Positions 22,301 through 31,552 are shown, counted from the stretch's first letter. The stretch: DNA of 64,000 nucleotides from an uncultured virus (IMG/VR IMGVR_UViG_3300033144_003013) (IMGVR_UViG_3300033144_003013); one strand, 5' to 3'. Made by a program: numbers and translations. The notes: a model not told the origin generated them from the sequence alone.

Positions 22301-22920
22301 TCTAATTTTATTGCCTTACCATAATGTCCTTTTATGGTTAAAATAAAAATCGGATATGGTAGATGCATGAAAATGGAATACGGAGATTGGTCTCCTCTTT
22401 CAAATAACACCCTACCTTGTACATCTGTCATTTCAATTGTGACTGTAGGAACAAATGCTGGATTCATTTTTACATTAATACGGGTAATCCCTAACAATTG
22501 AGTGTCTACTCCTCTACCTGAACTAAATATATCGTTTGTTGAGTCTTCGGCATTTTTACCCGGTAAGAACTGGTCTGTCCATGAAGTATCAAAATATTTA
22601 GGGTCATTTGAATCATCGCCCCCTAAATTAACATTTGGTTCTTTTTGAGCTTGAGCTCTACCTTCTAAAAAATTAACTTTAAGTTGTGCTACTCCCACAT
22701 TTTTTACACTATCATCATAATTAGAACCTATCGCGAGTTTTGTTCTAGGAATAACTCTCGCCTCTAAATTAGCGTAGGTGATTAAATTTTCTTGTTTAAC
22801 ATTACGTTCTTGTACTGTTCCATCAGAATTTACCACTTTATTGGGGTCTACAACTATTACGTTATCATAATCAGTTTCCACATAGACCTTTTCATTACCG
22901 AAAAATTTGTTATCTGCCAT
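16336..22920 (-). CDS. Giant baseplate hub-like protein (gp27/VgrG-type end domain) with a possible C-terminal GH73-like peptidoglycan hydrolase
   Basis: 2194 aa. MGNAMIQPTMYFNL…GPYLITSVTHDI…FQTSFEGVR resembles a hub beta-barrel, and YVETGVG…NYFNLK…YLSFEDAGDSI resembles glucosaminidase motifs. Confidence 0.6.
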   Translation of the reverse strand: MADNKFFGNEKVYVETDYDNVIVVDPNKVVNSDGTVQERNVKQENLITYANLEARVIPRTKLAIGSNYDDSVKNVGVAQLKVNFLEGRAQAQKEPNVNLGGDDSNDPKYFDTSWTDQFLPGKNAEDSTNDIFSSGRGVDTQLLGITRINVKMNPAFVPTVTIEMTDVQGRVLFERGDQSPYSIFMHLPYPIFILTIKGHYGKAIKLELILKDFNARFDPSDGSYKITTSYVAKSHAFLQDTLLDYIYTTPHMYPKTYELDNNSPGTSDGTVGVNKIETTKGMQKIKEVYSLYKSKGLIDDDFPEITMNQMRMRLEYFNRYVMEAYSKEDMSVLNNIVEYEKNITTYRKKVYPTLNENWFDTYIDPSSIYALNDTKSSVIYGFKKEIKEQGRKTALSKLKGIIDEGNQSLKNNPTFYKPGKYEIEGKDYPAEISVNIKASDLTVLIDDPETIDYKTTYILRKGSEPTQSELEAFETKLKADFKLASKSYYIGPDGEITENEDGSVLIKFGNVIKDKNFATGTFLAKLAKIENTFKEKKETIEKQLSEALSKKIINSDIGLGFNPTINNVMAVICANAEAFYRLMDETHQAAWNVRTDKTRLSAIIPPEKSFGVDGKNMLDQVTIGGSTGNTLQNTAIVYPWPQYFEEEIDEDNNTKYTLKYPGQPSVISTIKGYDYSIWPEIQFTEEYITASLERDKPKVNINYGNQKQVSKYIGVNAVEFPFENHPYVNEEAVSFFYEIFERTYLSSNYSKVVRNNNFRKSLYTVLADFESVNIKEGLNDSPQLTKTFKEFKFNSSIFNSYLSSISNGGQGSFWARKVRDIYTQNYIKGYIDVDFGIYSIESMSTSSTDLISSVESIKQLEDYISGTSSNATTLMDVFPFNNLDWLQKNVADGVSIGSVDKANSTTDVMNFNILKKSFATFDDETDKDERYLNRYLTYFQYEKNKPAAPNQNTSNSSDSTQYNTNDQVKTYYNNRENKDFYLTESPLDYGTNYDEATNNLTSLQTTSLLNTPYFINALLKGVSGETFSQENPYVGLGYLYLNSLPLPTLSEKYLTRNESNSGVNTTKWGDYFYAGLSKFAAIHKIPYLWLLKYGSVWHRYKEDKKGNGDILNGIWKDFNYVNAYDPITNNINKVYNVQNYTGGTMSYVPQKTDIVPGIIPNVANPTLPGTPVNFNYQFTKNGFYPKVVNDTYKFFTGKSPLINYDGGEINDLFNNGNFKLGQSQTNFLPVGYDQDNVLNTLTYSSYFQYFDLEGNTSFDEEDSTGRLLIIPSSGYLKFTQAQRECLNSQGHLKQNIDINNKSIQNGNVRPLWGASNFGYFNNQWVKKPKTNEYIKYIDSEENQQNAFNLLNKDSEEEYKSIEEIFAIFSKEMLDEFERHFLNFCKKEKDYQSLVFNPSEVNDNEYLGSFNVEYDYNIERAMKSLLIVNKPTLTDNPEKDVKTISDSQLDNFVNLNRTQISERDIILKIGNPGRFNRRVFDSFSTNETIIPTDPINFDTYVNETVPTSTGLVTLSSSQINNPEAWDALYDYVGEYVEDGMVYSDNGSYITDFFPTMDIRFNEENVKSLSQIIKVFATQKYNNNNLTKSDFQQTFESFLSEQITFQNDMLNQIFTKLNKTLPSVKVNATQTRISKLDGDTNKNELWSTFKTFNDRWISGQDVKNKTLFEQFLFMDKANRPIGDKVVINIEDLRSALKTANASASVLSLLGTILEKNNFIFMPTPSYSNFYGRNLRVKEGMPDPSFDDIGNNTFGTFLEVDTHGSEPKFLAIYVGEVSKTFNTSPENDNYLYGDDSFDITKPSLSPLRSSLDGVSNFSNRNKVVAFNVDFGVQNQQIFKSISIDMSQRKNIAPTFQILADMGSMADGQKVSQETANLYNFYKSASYNCSVTSMGNAMIQPTMYFNLRYVPMFYGPYLITSVTHDITTRDFQTSFEGVRTSKYSLQMPDGLIASVNRDIVQNYLSEIRRVPSLGNSTGNTLTRSNYIKNSSSKTNAKRQGQSTKCVAVQNLDKPYDDIKQTQINQTQFKNGVQQISLSENVKKFIYGVGYVETGVGKNLKSLNSNYFNLKNMKSNERWTVNFDKQTCVQDGEYVVPYLSFEDAGDSIEFMAKVCDQFAPIIDAFLVNNQINGDLAKSFAYLWYYTFRFTTLDKELNAGSNVDDSIIAAVDLDIKNDSVSKKLFNDSIKTFKTSNESWS

Positions 22921-23227
22921 AATAGAAGAAATGATTTTCTACCGCAGCTTTATAATCCTGTAAAGAATTAGTCAAAGGGAACGGGATAAAAAGTAATGCA
23001 TTATCAGGGATATTTGACTCTAATCCTCCGTATTGAGGATTTGCAGCTAGTATTAACCAACCAAAATATGGTGACTCATAAAATTCGTAACTTATTTTAT
23101 CTAACCTACTACGTCCCGTCCTAAAGATAAATCTTTTATCTGATGGTTTAGAAGGTATATTAACAAATGGTACAACTGTTTGTTGTCCGTTAACCAAAAA
23201 ATCTGTATATCTATTCCAATATCTCAT
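22910..23227 (-). CDS. Small baseplate protein, LysM-like gp53/gpX (tail X) family
   Basis: RLDKISYEFYESPYFGWLILAANP…LFIP pattern. Confidence 0.75.
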   Translation of the reverse strand: MRYWNRYTDFLVNGQQTVVPFVNIPSKPSDKRFIFRTGRSRLDKISYEFYESPYFGWLILAANPQYGGLESNIPDNALLFIPFPLTNSLQDYKAAVENHFFYYGR

Positions 23228-23229
23228 AA

Positions 23230-26200
23230 CTACTTAAATGTACTTTTACCATTAAATTCTTGTTTAGGTCCCTGATTTAATTCAGAGTATAGTTGATTAA
23301 AGTACCCATCTTTAGTACTATTAATATAGTCCTTAGGTACATTAATATAAAGGAATATTCTTTCCTTTTCTTTGGCAAATGGTGAATAGTCCTTAAACTT
23401 TCTTACTGATGAACGTTTACTAAACCTATCTAACTCTCTTTCCGTCTTTCTAGAAACCTTTTCATAATCACTATTTAGTCCGTCTATAATGTTATTAACA
23501 TACCTTTCCCATTTGTTTATCGTCCCTATCCTACCATTTAAAAGTTTAGTTATAACATTTTGTTTATCGTTTAAGATTTGTTGATACATAGCGTTCATAA
23601 CTCTTGCGCTTTCAATACCTTCATTGATTTCTAATGAAAATAAATAAGAATTATCCCACTCTTTTTCGACTAATTTATTATTATCTACAAATATTTGGTT
23701 ATTAAAATTTAGTATATCAGTACCTAACGTTTGCATATCATTAGCCATTTCCTCATATGTGTTATTAGCATTTTTTGATGTTTTATCAACATTAGTGGTT
23801 GCACTGATTGATACTTGAACATTTCTTGGTTTAGTTGAGAACCCATCGGTATTTGTTAGTATAAAGTTAACCTTATCAATAGTTTTAATTAAACTAAGTT
23901 GGTTATTAACAACTTTAGGCATTACACTCATGTAGTCGGAAATATAATTAGGTTTTATTTCATTAATTAAATTTTTAAGATTGAATTTATATAAATCTAT
24001 ATCTGTCTGTTGGAAATTTTTATTATTTATTTTTTTTACTAATGGGGATGTTTCGGTGTCTATATCTGAAATCACCTCATCAAATAGACTATTTATTTTA
24101 TTTTGTAATTTATCTTCTTGAGGTTTTCCAAATAATTTTGTTTCAGTGGTAGTACCTGTAAACCCATCAGTATAATAACCTATTATTTTACCGTTAGTAT
24201 AGTCTCTTTGGTCAGTAAAATACGATAACCCGTCTAATGAATACTTAGTTGCTACTTCAGTTAACGAATCCACTATAGAATCCGCATACGCCTGAGTATT
24301 AACTACAGCCTCAGCCATAATATCTTTATAGGACATTTGACCACTATTAGTTGAGATGTCTGTCCCTGGATATGTAACCACTTCTTCAGTTTGGCTAGTA
24401 CCAATAGTTTGTCCATTATTTGGTAGGTCTTCTTCCGTTGTCGCTCTATTATTTGAGTCAAAGGGTATTGTACTATTTATTTGTTCCCATATTTCTCTAT
24501 TCAACTCATCTCTTTCTTCAGTAACAACTGACCTATCATCATAAACCTCTGTATTTGCATAATAATTAAATGATAATGCATTTTGTAATCTATTTACAGG
24601 TTCTTTTAATCCTTGTCCACCAATAAAATAAAATGACATTGTTATATCTGCCAGCATTGGTTGTACCCCAATACCCTCAGGATTTAAATCAAATGTTAAT
24701 GGTTCATAATTAATTGATAATTGATTAATAGCAATTTTGGTATGGTAAAAGTCACCAATTCTTAAAACACATATTGGAGGTGCACCGTATGAAGTGTTTT
24801 TAGCGTTAAACTCAGTAGGTCTACCATCGTCTCCAATTACAGGAATAGTGTCACCAGGTCTAATACATTGTTGTAAGAAGGTTAGTCTAGAATTTAAACC
24901 TTCGGGTGTGGTTGAATGAAACGCTGGTTGGAAATATTTTATTTTCTCTTTTATCCCATTATACACCATAGGTGCACTTTCTTTAACTAAATTAAAGTAA
25001 TCACATTCAGTTAACAATTTTCTTACGATTATTTTTGCAACTTCTTCTTTTTGTTGTTCCACTTTCTCACTGAGTGTAATTACCGGCTGAGCGGGTCTAG
25101 CGGTTTGTGTCTCCGTATCTATTTCAGGTGGGTTTGTTATTTCATCGGTAACCTTATCTTCTTCGGGTGGTGGTGGTGTCTCAACTACTGAACTTATCCT
25201 AACCCTTCTACACTTCATGGCATCTACCGAATAAATTTTATCATTACCAACTAAGTCTTTTGTACAGTCTGTCCCTTGTATATTTGTTTGTTCACCTTTA
25301 GGGTCTTCCTTTATAATAAGTTTTCCATCATCCACCCACTTCTGTAAAGACTTTTGATTTTCATCCATCAAGGGTAATAAATATTTTTTTACACTATCAA
25401 TCCTTCTTTTAGATAAAGCATTATTATAGACAACTGAATTAGGTGATGACGCTGAGCCCTGTAATAAAACTTGAACTGTTGCCCCCGCATTTAATGCTTC
25501 ACCAACTTTTTTAACAAATAATTGTGTTTTATATAACACACCCGAATCCGAACTTGTTAAAATATTATCTATAAAAAACTGATTTACATTGTTTTTTTCA
25601 TCGGCATTTGCGGTATTACTATATTCTGTCTGTAAACCAATATAATTTTGTAAAGTAGTGCTGTAAACTTCAGATGTAGTTGTATCTGTTGAAGTCTGTG
25701 GTCCAGGAACATCATTGTGAAAATAATAAGCGAAATCAAAATCCGTACTCTCTACTTTATCTTCATATTCTTCGGTTGTCACATCTAAATCACCAGGTAT
25801 TTCTGCATCAATAATGTCAAAATATTCTTTTGTTTCTTGTCCAACTGAAGAGTTTACAACTATCTCATAAATGTCACTATAAGTAAATTGTGGAAATCTC
25901 AACGCTAATTCGTAAATATCATATTTACGACATCCTGCAAAAAATGAATCAACAATTCCCGTAACTTTACTGTTATTACTTTCATTTGCCAATTCTTTGT
26001 CAACAATAGCATTTAATACGGAGGGATGGTCGACAACAATTTTCCAACTTAAACTTCCCTGTCTTGTTGTATTATTATACGTGTATATTGGTTCAGGTCG
26101 ACCTAAGAATTCATTTTGGTTCCAATTTGCAGAGTTTTGTTCGTTTACCTTCATATCATATGGTGGGAACCACATAATTCTACCACCATTAGGTCCTCGT

Positions 26201-27993
26201 TCACAATGTGGTAAATCTTGATAAGTAAAACCTTTTTTTCTTGATGTTCTCCAAGCTAAGTTTTCTATTGAAAACATATATTTTTTAACTCCTTCACTAC
26301 TAAAATCATTTCCCGTTAAATTAGTAGTATCTGTACCTCTCATAGGTGCGATATTTAAGTTATATGTGTTATCTAAAACCGAATATGTAAATCGTCTATT
26401 GTTGGTTGTTATACCTTCTGTTTTTTGTAAATCCGCCATAGAATAGTAAGGAGTGTCTTTTGTAAAGACCCTACAATACTCTTTACCTACAATCGCCCCT
26501 CCCTCATCTCTGTACGCGATAACTCGTGAACCTTTAGTAAGTTCTCTTGTTCCGTCATGAAACACTTTAGAGATTTGGTCAATCGCATTACCTACGTGTT
26601 GTAATTTTCTAACACCAACAACTTCGTCAGCAGAGTTAATTAATTTTTGAGTATTATCAAGTATGGACCCAGGCGTATAATTGTAATCACCTGTACCGTC
26701 TACTGATTGTGTGGCAGTAAATGTGTTTTGAACCCCTTGTTCATTCCAATCAGTATCTATCGTACCAAAAAACTCTGCTCCGACACCAACTTTTTGACCC
26801 GCCCTATCTTTGTATTTAGGGGATACCCATGTAAAACCACCTTGTAATCCTCCATCATCGTATGTGGATGTTTGGTTTAACCCAAACTTATAGGTATTAT
26901 CTTTTTGTTCATTTTCATAGATTTTAGCAATCTCATCATAACCATAAACGGGTGTTTGAACTTTATTTCCGTCTTGATTTAAAGGTAAAGATTCTGCAGG
27001 TGCAACAATATCTTTCATCTCCTGTTGAGAACTTCCTACATAATAATTTTGCTTTGGTACTTTAGTGAATAAATCAGTTAGAAAATTTCTATTATAATCT
27101 GGTATATATCTGTTTAAGGATAGTCCTTTGAATAGTCTTGACCTTTGCCCTCCACCCGTATTTTCCAAGAATATTTGCATTCCTGTTTTTTCTGTAGGTA
27201 ATGCTAATACTCCTCTTTTATCAAATAATCCCGTAATAGAATTAGCTATTTGATTAAAATACATTTGTTTTGGTTGGTCACTAAAGTAGTCACCTGGTAT
27301 CCAAGAGTATGGGGAATATACACCACTAATACGGCTAATAAAATCTAAACCTTTACCAATTAATCCTTTTGGTACCGATATTTTCCAATCTCTTTCAATT
27401 ACTGACCTATTACCTGTTGTAATTGCTAATAGTTCAAATGGGTCAGATAGTGCGTCTAAAGCATTAACTCTACCAATTGTTTGTTGGTAAGTTTCTTCGG
27501 AAATTCTATATTGAAACTCTGTTTTAAGTGATTCCGCAGCAATTCTTGCTAAATCAGAATCTTGCGAAAGTGGTCCGTTATCTCCCTGTGGGTTAGAACT
27601 CGTTAATAAATTAAATGAATTATATGAAGACGCAACAAAATTATAGTAAGGACTTTTACCTATCAATGCTGGTACACCATTTGACATATTAAGGTTTAAA
27701 GTATTATTAAAACTCGTCACCGAATTAATAAACCCTACATCATCTATAGACTTAGGTTCACCAAAACCACCTTCAGGTCCATATTGATTTTTAACATATA
27801 GAGAAGTGTTCTCGGTACTACCAATAGTTTCCACTTCTTGTGAATCAATAACTCCAACATCGTTAATATCTATTTGACTCTGACCTGGTTGACTGGCAGG
27901 GGTAAAACCATCACTATTATATGGTTCTAAGTTTTTTACTAATAGCTTCTTTCTGAAGTTTTCAGTTGAGTCAAATGATAATGGACTTTGCAT
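23230..27993 (-). CDS. Large baseplate/tube-initiator-like protein with an internal OmpA-like domain
   Basis: Tube-initiator motifs FLGRPEPIYTY and APPICVLRIGD; OmpA-C-like QGSASS…YNNALSKRRIDSV…CRRVRI. Confidence 0.65.
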   Translation of the reverse strand: MQSPLSFDSTENFRKKLLVKNLEPYNSDGFTPASQPGQSQIDINDVGVIDSQEVETIGSTENTSLYVKNQYGPEGGFGEPKSIDDVGFINSVTSFNNTLNLNMSNGVPALIGKSPYYNFVASSYNSFNLLTSSNPQGDNGPLSQDSDLARIAAESLKTEFQYRISEETYQQTIGRVNALDALSDPFELLAITTGNRSVIERDWKISVPKGLIGKGLDFISRISGVYSPYSWIPGDYFSDQPKQMYFNQIANSITGLFDKRGVLALPTEKTGMQIFLENTGGGQRSRLFKGLSLNRYIPDYNRNFLTDLFTKVPKQNYYVGSSQQEMKDIVAPAESLPLNQDGNKVQTPVYGYDEIAKIYENEQKDNTYKFGLNQTSTYDDGGLQGGFTWVSPKYKDRAGQKVGVGAEFFGTIDTDWNEQGVQNTFTATQSVDGTGDYNYTPGSILDNTQKLINSADEVVGVRKLQHVGNAIDQISKVFHDGTRELTKGSRVIAYRDEGGAIVGKEYCRVFTKDTPYYSMADLQKTEGITTNNRRFTYSVLDNTYNLNIAPMRGTDTTNLTGNDFSSEGVKKYMFSIENLAWRTSRKKGFTYQDLPHCERGPNGGRIMWFPPYDMKVNEQNSANWNQNEFLGRPEPIYTYNNTTRQGSLSWKIVVDHPSVLNAIVDKELANESNNSKVTGIVDSFFAGCRKYDIYELALRFPQFTYSDIYEIVVNSSVGQETKEYFDIIDAEIPGDLDVTTEEYEDKVESTDFDFAYYFHNDVPGPQTSTDTTTSEVYSTTLQNYIGLQTEYSNTANADEKNNVNQFFIDNILTSSDSGVLYKTQLFVKKVGEALNAGATVQVLLQGSASSPNSVVYNNALSKRRIDSVKKYLLPLMDENQKSLQKWVDDGKLIIKEDPKGEQTNIQGTDCTKDLVGNDKIYSVDAMKCRRVRISSVVETPPPPEEDKVTDEITNPPEIDTETQTARPAQPVITLSEKVEQQKEEVAKIIVRKLLTECDYFNLVKESAPMVYNGIKEKIKYFQPAFHSTTPEGLNSRLTFLQQCIRPGDTIPVIGDDGRPTEFNAKNTSYGAPPICVLRIGDFYHTKIAINQLSINYEPLTFDLNPEGIGVQPMLADITMSFYFIGGQGLKEPVNRLQNALSFNYYANTEVYDDRSVVTEERDELNREIWEQINSTIPFDSNNRATTEEDLPNNGQTIGTSQTEEVVTYPGTDISTNSGQMSYKDIMAEAVVNTQAYADSIVDSLTEVATKYSLDGLSYFTDQRDYTNGKIIGYYTDGFTGTTTETKLFGKPQEDKLQNKINSLFDEVISDIDTETSPLVKKINNKNFQQTDIDLYKFNLKNLINEIKPNYISDYMSVMPKVVNNQLSLIKTIDKVNFILTNTDGFSTKPRNVQVSISATTNVDKTSKNANNTYEEMANDMQTLGTDILNFNNQIFVDNNKLVEKEWDNSYLFSLEINEGIESARVMNAMYQQILNDKQNVITKLLNGRIGTINKWERYVNNIIDGLNSDYEKVSRKTERELDRFSKRSSVRKFKDYSPFAKEKERIFLYINVPKDYINSTKDGYFNQLYSELNQGPKQEFNGKSTFK

Positions 27994-28055
27994 CTATATA
28001 TTCTTTTTAGATAAATAGATGGTTATATTATTTTATATAACCACAGTTTATAGAT

Positions 28056-30020
28056 TTATCCGTATCCACCGCCCATATTAAATTCTGTTAAGGTACCTAA
28101 TCTATTTTCTAATTGAGATTTTATTTTAAACATGGCGTCAGGATTATTAACTAATAGGGTGGCTAACTCTTCTTTAGTCATTGGTGAGTTTGTTGGTATT
28201 CCTTCTATGTTGAGATTAACTTGTCCGTTTACCGCCAATTGTACAGGAGTATTATCTGTAGAATTAACATTAAGACTCGCAGTTTCTATATTGTTAACTG
28301 CCATATTACTTCTATCAAATCTATCACTCACCTCAGTTGTATTGTTATTGGTCCTATCAAATCTATCACCACTTACATTTACAGTATTATCTTCATTACT
28401 CCTATCAAATCTACCACTACTTACATTTATAGTATCACCGATAATTTCAAGGAAAGGTAGGTCTTTTAATGCTTCAGTAAGATTACTCCACCCTTTTTTT
28501 AGTGGGTCAATTATTAATGTACCATAATCAATATTTTCCAATGCGGGTACTAATTTACTGTCTACTGTCTCACTAAACTTATTAAGTCCATCAACTATCG
28601 CATTTGCCATTTCATCAGCATCGGTTTTATCTAATTTAAGTTGTGTTGCTAGTGTACCAAAACTAGTGGTCACACTTTCAGGTAATGCTACTTCACTTTC
28701 TCTAGCTAAAAAACTTTCAGTTAATAATGATTGTACTTTAGATATGTTTTCTCCGAAAGTTTCAAATCCACCTGATTGAACTAAATTTAATGTCGTTAGC
28801 TTTACAAGTGTGTTTTGAGCCGCCTGTATTTCATTTAAGAAACCCATAGATTGTTTAGCAACGTCTAGTTCAGACATATTATTAACATCTAACATACTTT
28901 GTAGTTCTCCGTAATCACTAGCAACTAACTCATTGAACCCTTCACCTATTTTTTTAATAGACCCATCAGGCATCGTTATTTCCATGGTTCCGTTAGCCCC
29001 AATTTTACCTAAACTTGCAATTAATTCTTTTTGTTCTTCAGGTACAGTATTAAACCCATCAAGTAATTTTAATTTTTCAGTTCTTTGGGCCGCGTTCATA
29101 GCCATTTCTGAGAATTCTTGGTAAGATTGTCCTGCTAAGCTCGCAGCTTCTCTAAGACGATACATTTCAGTAACCGGAATATTAAACTCCCCAGTCTCTT
29201 TATTAAAATCTACTGAGGCTCCCGCCATATCTACAAGGCTTGTTTGTAACCCTTCCATGTCAGTCTGAGCCATATGTAGTAATTGGAATGGGTCCCCTAA
29301 CGCACCGACTGCTCCACCTAACATTTGGAAACCAGCGGCAGTTTCAATGGCTTTATCTGGTGACATTAATTCATCTGCAAAACTAACAGTTTTACTCATA
29401 TCAATTCTTAATGCCTGAGCTTCCGCAACCATTTTAGATAATCCCTGAACCCCATCTTTAAAATTATAACTAACCATCAGTTTCAGGTTTTTATTAACCT
29501 CTCCCATGAAAGCTGAAACATTAACACCATAGGCCCTTGCCTCATCGGTCATATCTGACATCATGTCTAAAGTTTGGTCAGTGGTATACCCCAAAGTATC
29601 AAAAGAGGTCGCCATCTCAGCTAATTGTGCTGAAGTCATGTTAGCCATCGAACCTAATAACTGAAATCTACTAATTTGTTGGTCAGTAAAAAATGTATTT
29701 CTTTGCATTGATTCGTTCAATGCACCAAATAACTCTAAGTTTTTTGAAGCGTCAACACCAATAAGTTCGGTTGTTTTTGCTGCCTGTGCAACAACTCTCT
29801 GAACTTGATTACTTACAACACGGGTTTGACCAAGAGTAGTCCTAACCGTATTGGCGGCTTTTGTATTTATCTCCGCAGCATTATTTATAACTTGTTGGAC
29901 ATTTGTAATACTAGTCCTCAAATTACCTGCAAAGGTTTTTAAGCTAACATCCGCCAATTTAATATTCTCGGATAAAGCCTTAGTATCACCAACTAAACCA
30001 TTTCCCTCATTTAAAAACAT
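28056..30020 (-). CDS. Probable tape measure protein
   Basis: Helical Ala/Gln/Met-rich sequence located after tube and chaperone-like genes and before baseplate genes. Confidence 0.65.
   Translation of the reverse strand: MFLNEGNGLVGDTKALSENIKLADVSLKTFAGNLRTSITNVQQVINNAAEINTKAANTVRTTLGQTRVVSNQVQRVVAQAAKTTELIGVDASKNLELFGALNESMQRNTFFTDQQISRFQLLGSMANMTSAQLAEMATSFDTLGYTTDQTLDMMSDMTDEARAYGVNVSAFMGEVNKNLKLMVSYNFKDGVQGLSKMVAEAQALRIDMSKTVSFADELMSPDKAIETAAGFQMLGGAVGALGDPFQLLHMAQTDMEGLQTSLVDMAGASVDFNKETGEFNIPVTEMYRLREAASLAGQSYQEFSEMAMNAAQRTEKLKLLDGFNTVPEEQKELIASLGKIGANGTMEITMPDGSIKKIGEGFNELVASDYGELQSMLDVNNMSELDVAKQSMGFLNEIQAAQNTLVKLTTLNLVQSGGFETFGENISKVQSLLTESFLARESEVALPESVTTSFGTLATQLKLDKTDADEMANAIVDGLNKFSETVDSKLVPALENIDYGTLIIDPLKKGWSNLTEALKDLPFLEIIGDTINVSSGRFDRSNEDNTVNVSGDRFDRTNNNTTEVSDRFDRSNMAVNNIETASLNVNSTDNTPVQLAVNGQVNLNIEGIPTNSPMTKEELATLLVNNPDAMFKIKSQLENRLGTLTEFNMGGGYG
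28312..28413. repeat. Three copies of CTATCAAATCTA encoding RFDR repeats in the tape measure C-terminus
   Basis: Copies start at 28312, 28354 and 28402 (spacing 42 and 48 nt). Confidence 0.8.
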
Positions 30021-30045
30021 AAAATACTTTTACAATAAATATTGA

Positions 30046-30207
30046 TTAACGGGATTTTTGTCTTTGTTTCTCGATTTCCTCATTTCTTTTTTGAAATTCT
30101 GACGATAGTTTGTCAATGAAAAATTTTCTCTCGTAGGTGGGCATAGTTTGAAGGTCTGAGTAAGACATATTAACATGTTTACTCAAATAGTAGAACTCAT
30201 CAAGCAT
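30046..30207 (-). CDS. gp51-like baseplate hub/tail assembly protein, or frameshift extension of the upstream chaperone
   Basis: MSYSDLQTMPTYERKFFIDKL resembles the gp51-type MPxxER motif. In-frame ATG at 30207; the frame is open to at least 30267. Confidence 0.6.
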   Translation of the reverse strand: MLDEFYYLSKHVNMSYSDLQTMPTYERKFFIDKLSSEFQKRNEEIEKQRQKSR

Positions 30208-30220
30208 AGTTTTCCTATAA

Positions 30221-30970
30221 TCAGAAGAAAGGACGAAAAAACTCTGCCCCAAAAGTGATACGCACATTCACTTTTTCTCCTGACGGGGCTGTAACAGTTC
30301 TATCAAGGTCTAATTTAGGTTCACAATCTGACATTGTGTTCCTAATAAATTTAGAATCCATAATAGGTAGCGTATTTATAAAAGTTGATATTTTTTCTCG
30401 GCTTTCATCACCGTCAATTGAAACAACGTGTTTTTCTAATCTTTTTGTAACTATTGGAACTGTGACCCCTACCGGATAACTTTCATCTAATTTACTTAGT
30501 TCTGTAGTGTCTCCTACATTTAAAAGTCGACAAACAACGTTAACCCCTGTTTTTGGTAAGTTAAACTCAAACAATCCTTTGTCGTTTGGTTTTATTTTAG
30601 GTTGTAGAATATTTAACTCGTCTAATAAAATAGTCGCGTCAAAATCTTTTTTTGTTTTTGGGTCTTTTAATTTAAAGTTATAGTCAGGACCAAACGCAGT
30701 GTTTCTTAAAAATATAAGTATTGCTTCTGCATCTCCATCAAGTATTTCATTGACGTTGAAGTCAGGTTCATAAATTTTATTTTTTAATAGTGTCATCACT
30801 AGATTTTTATCCCCACCTGTCGATAATAATATATTTTCATCTTGAGCGGTTAGATAACCTACTTTAAGAGATTTCTTCTTATTTGAATAGAATAACCCTT
30901 GTGATGGTAATGGTACCACGTCATGTGGTAAGTCCATATTCATTTGTCCGTATTGTTTTCCTTGGTCCAT
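30221..30970 (-). CDS. Baseplate hub assembly / tail assembly chaperone, T4 gp26-like
   Basis: VPLPSQG…LTAQDENILL…FGAEFFRP; lies between the tube and tape measure genes. Confidence 0.75.
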   Translation of the reverse strand: MDQGKQYGQMNMDLPHDVVPLPSQGLFYSNKKKSLKVGYLTAQDENILLSTGGDKNLVMTLLKNKIYEPDFNVNEILDGDAEAILIFLRNTAFGPDYNFKLKDPKTKKDFDATILLDELNILQPKIKPNDKGLFEFNLPKTGVNVVCRLLNVGDTTELSKLDESYPVGVTVPIVTKRLEKHVVSIDGDESREKISTFINTLPIMDSKFIRNTMSDCEPKLDLDRTVTAPSGEKVNVRITFGAEFFRPFF

Positions 30971-30985
30971 AATTGTCTATATAAT

Positions 30986-31020
30986 AAAAAAACCATAGAA
31001 GTACAATGACTCCTATGGTC
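30986..31020 (-). terminator. Rho-independent terminator after the tail tube gene
   Basis: Minus strand GACCATAGGAGT-CATTGT-ACTTCTATGGTT followed by a T run. Confidence 0.75.
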
Positions 31021-31063
31021 TTAAATATATGATTGATTGATTTTTAATCAATACTATTTTATA

Positions 31064-31552
31064 TTAATATACCAAAATACATCTATCAGGACGTAATGTT
31101 GCTGTTATTGTAGCAAGAGCATCATCACTGTAACCTAAACTATCGAAATTGACATCCGTTAAGAATGTTCCTTGAAGAATCCATTTTTCGACTGCAACTC
31201 CTGTTGGGTCTAACATTTCCAAGTCTAAGTCCTTTTTGTATCCTGCAGCATAACCCATACGACCTGTTACGGACTCTGAGTGTAATCTAACCCATTCCAT
31301 TAAAGCTTGTGAAGCTGATGGTCCAATTGGGTCACGGAATGTAACGTTTATCGTGTTCCACACGAATCTACCTGCCACATATGTGGATGTATTTAAAAAA
31401 GGAATTTCAGTTGACCCGATTTGGATGTTAGGTCTTGATGTAGACTCAACATACCAAGAATTAATACCCAATGAAGATGGAAACGATAGAATAAATCGAT
31501 TCTTCCTTTTTGGTTCATAGGGAACGGGCATTTTCATTAATAAGTCTGCCAT
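31064..31552 (-). CDS. Tail tube protein, T4 gp19-like
   Basis: EPKRKNRF, YVAGRFVWNTINVTFRD, YKKDLDLEMLDP and WILQGTF. Confidence 0.88.
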   Translation of the reverse strand: MADLLMKMPVPYEPKRKNRFILSFPSSLGINSWYVESTSRPNIQIGSTEIPFLNTSTYVAGRFVWNTINVTFRDPIGPSASQALMEWVRLHSESVTGRMGYAAGYKKDLDLEMLDPTGVAVEKWILQGTFLTDVNFDSLGYSDDALATITATLRPDRCILVY

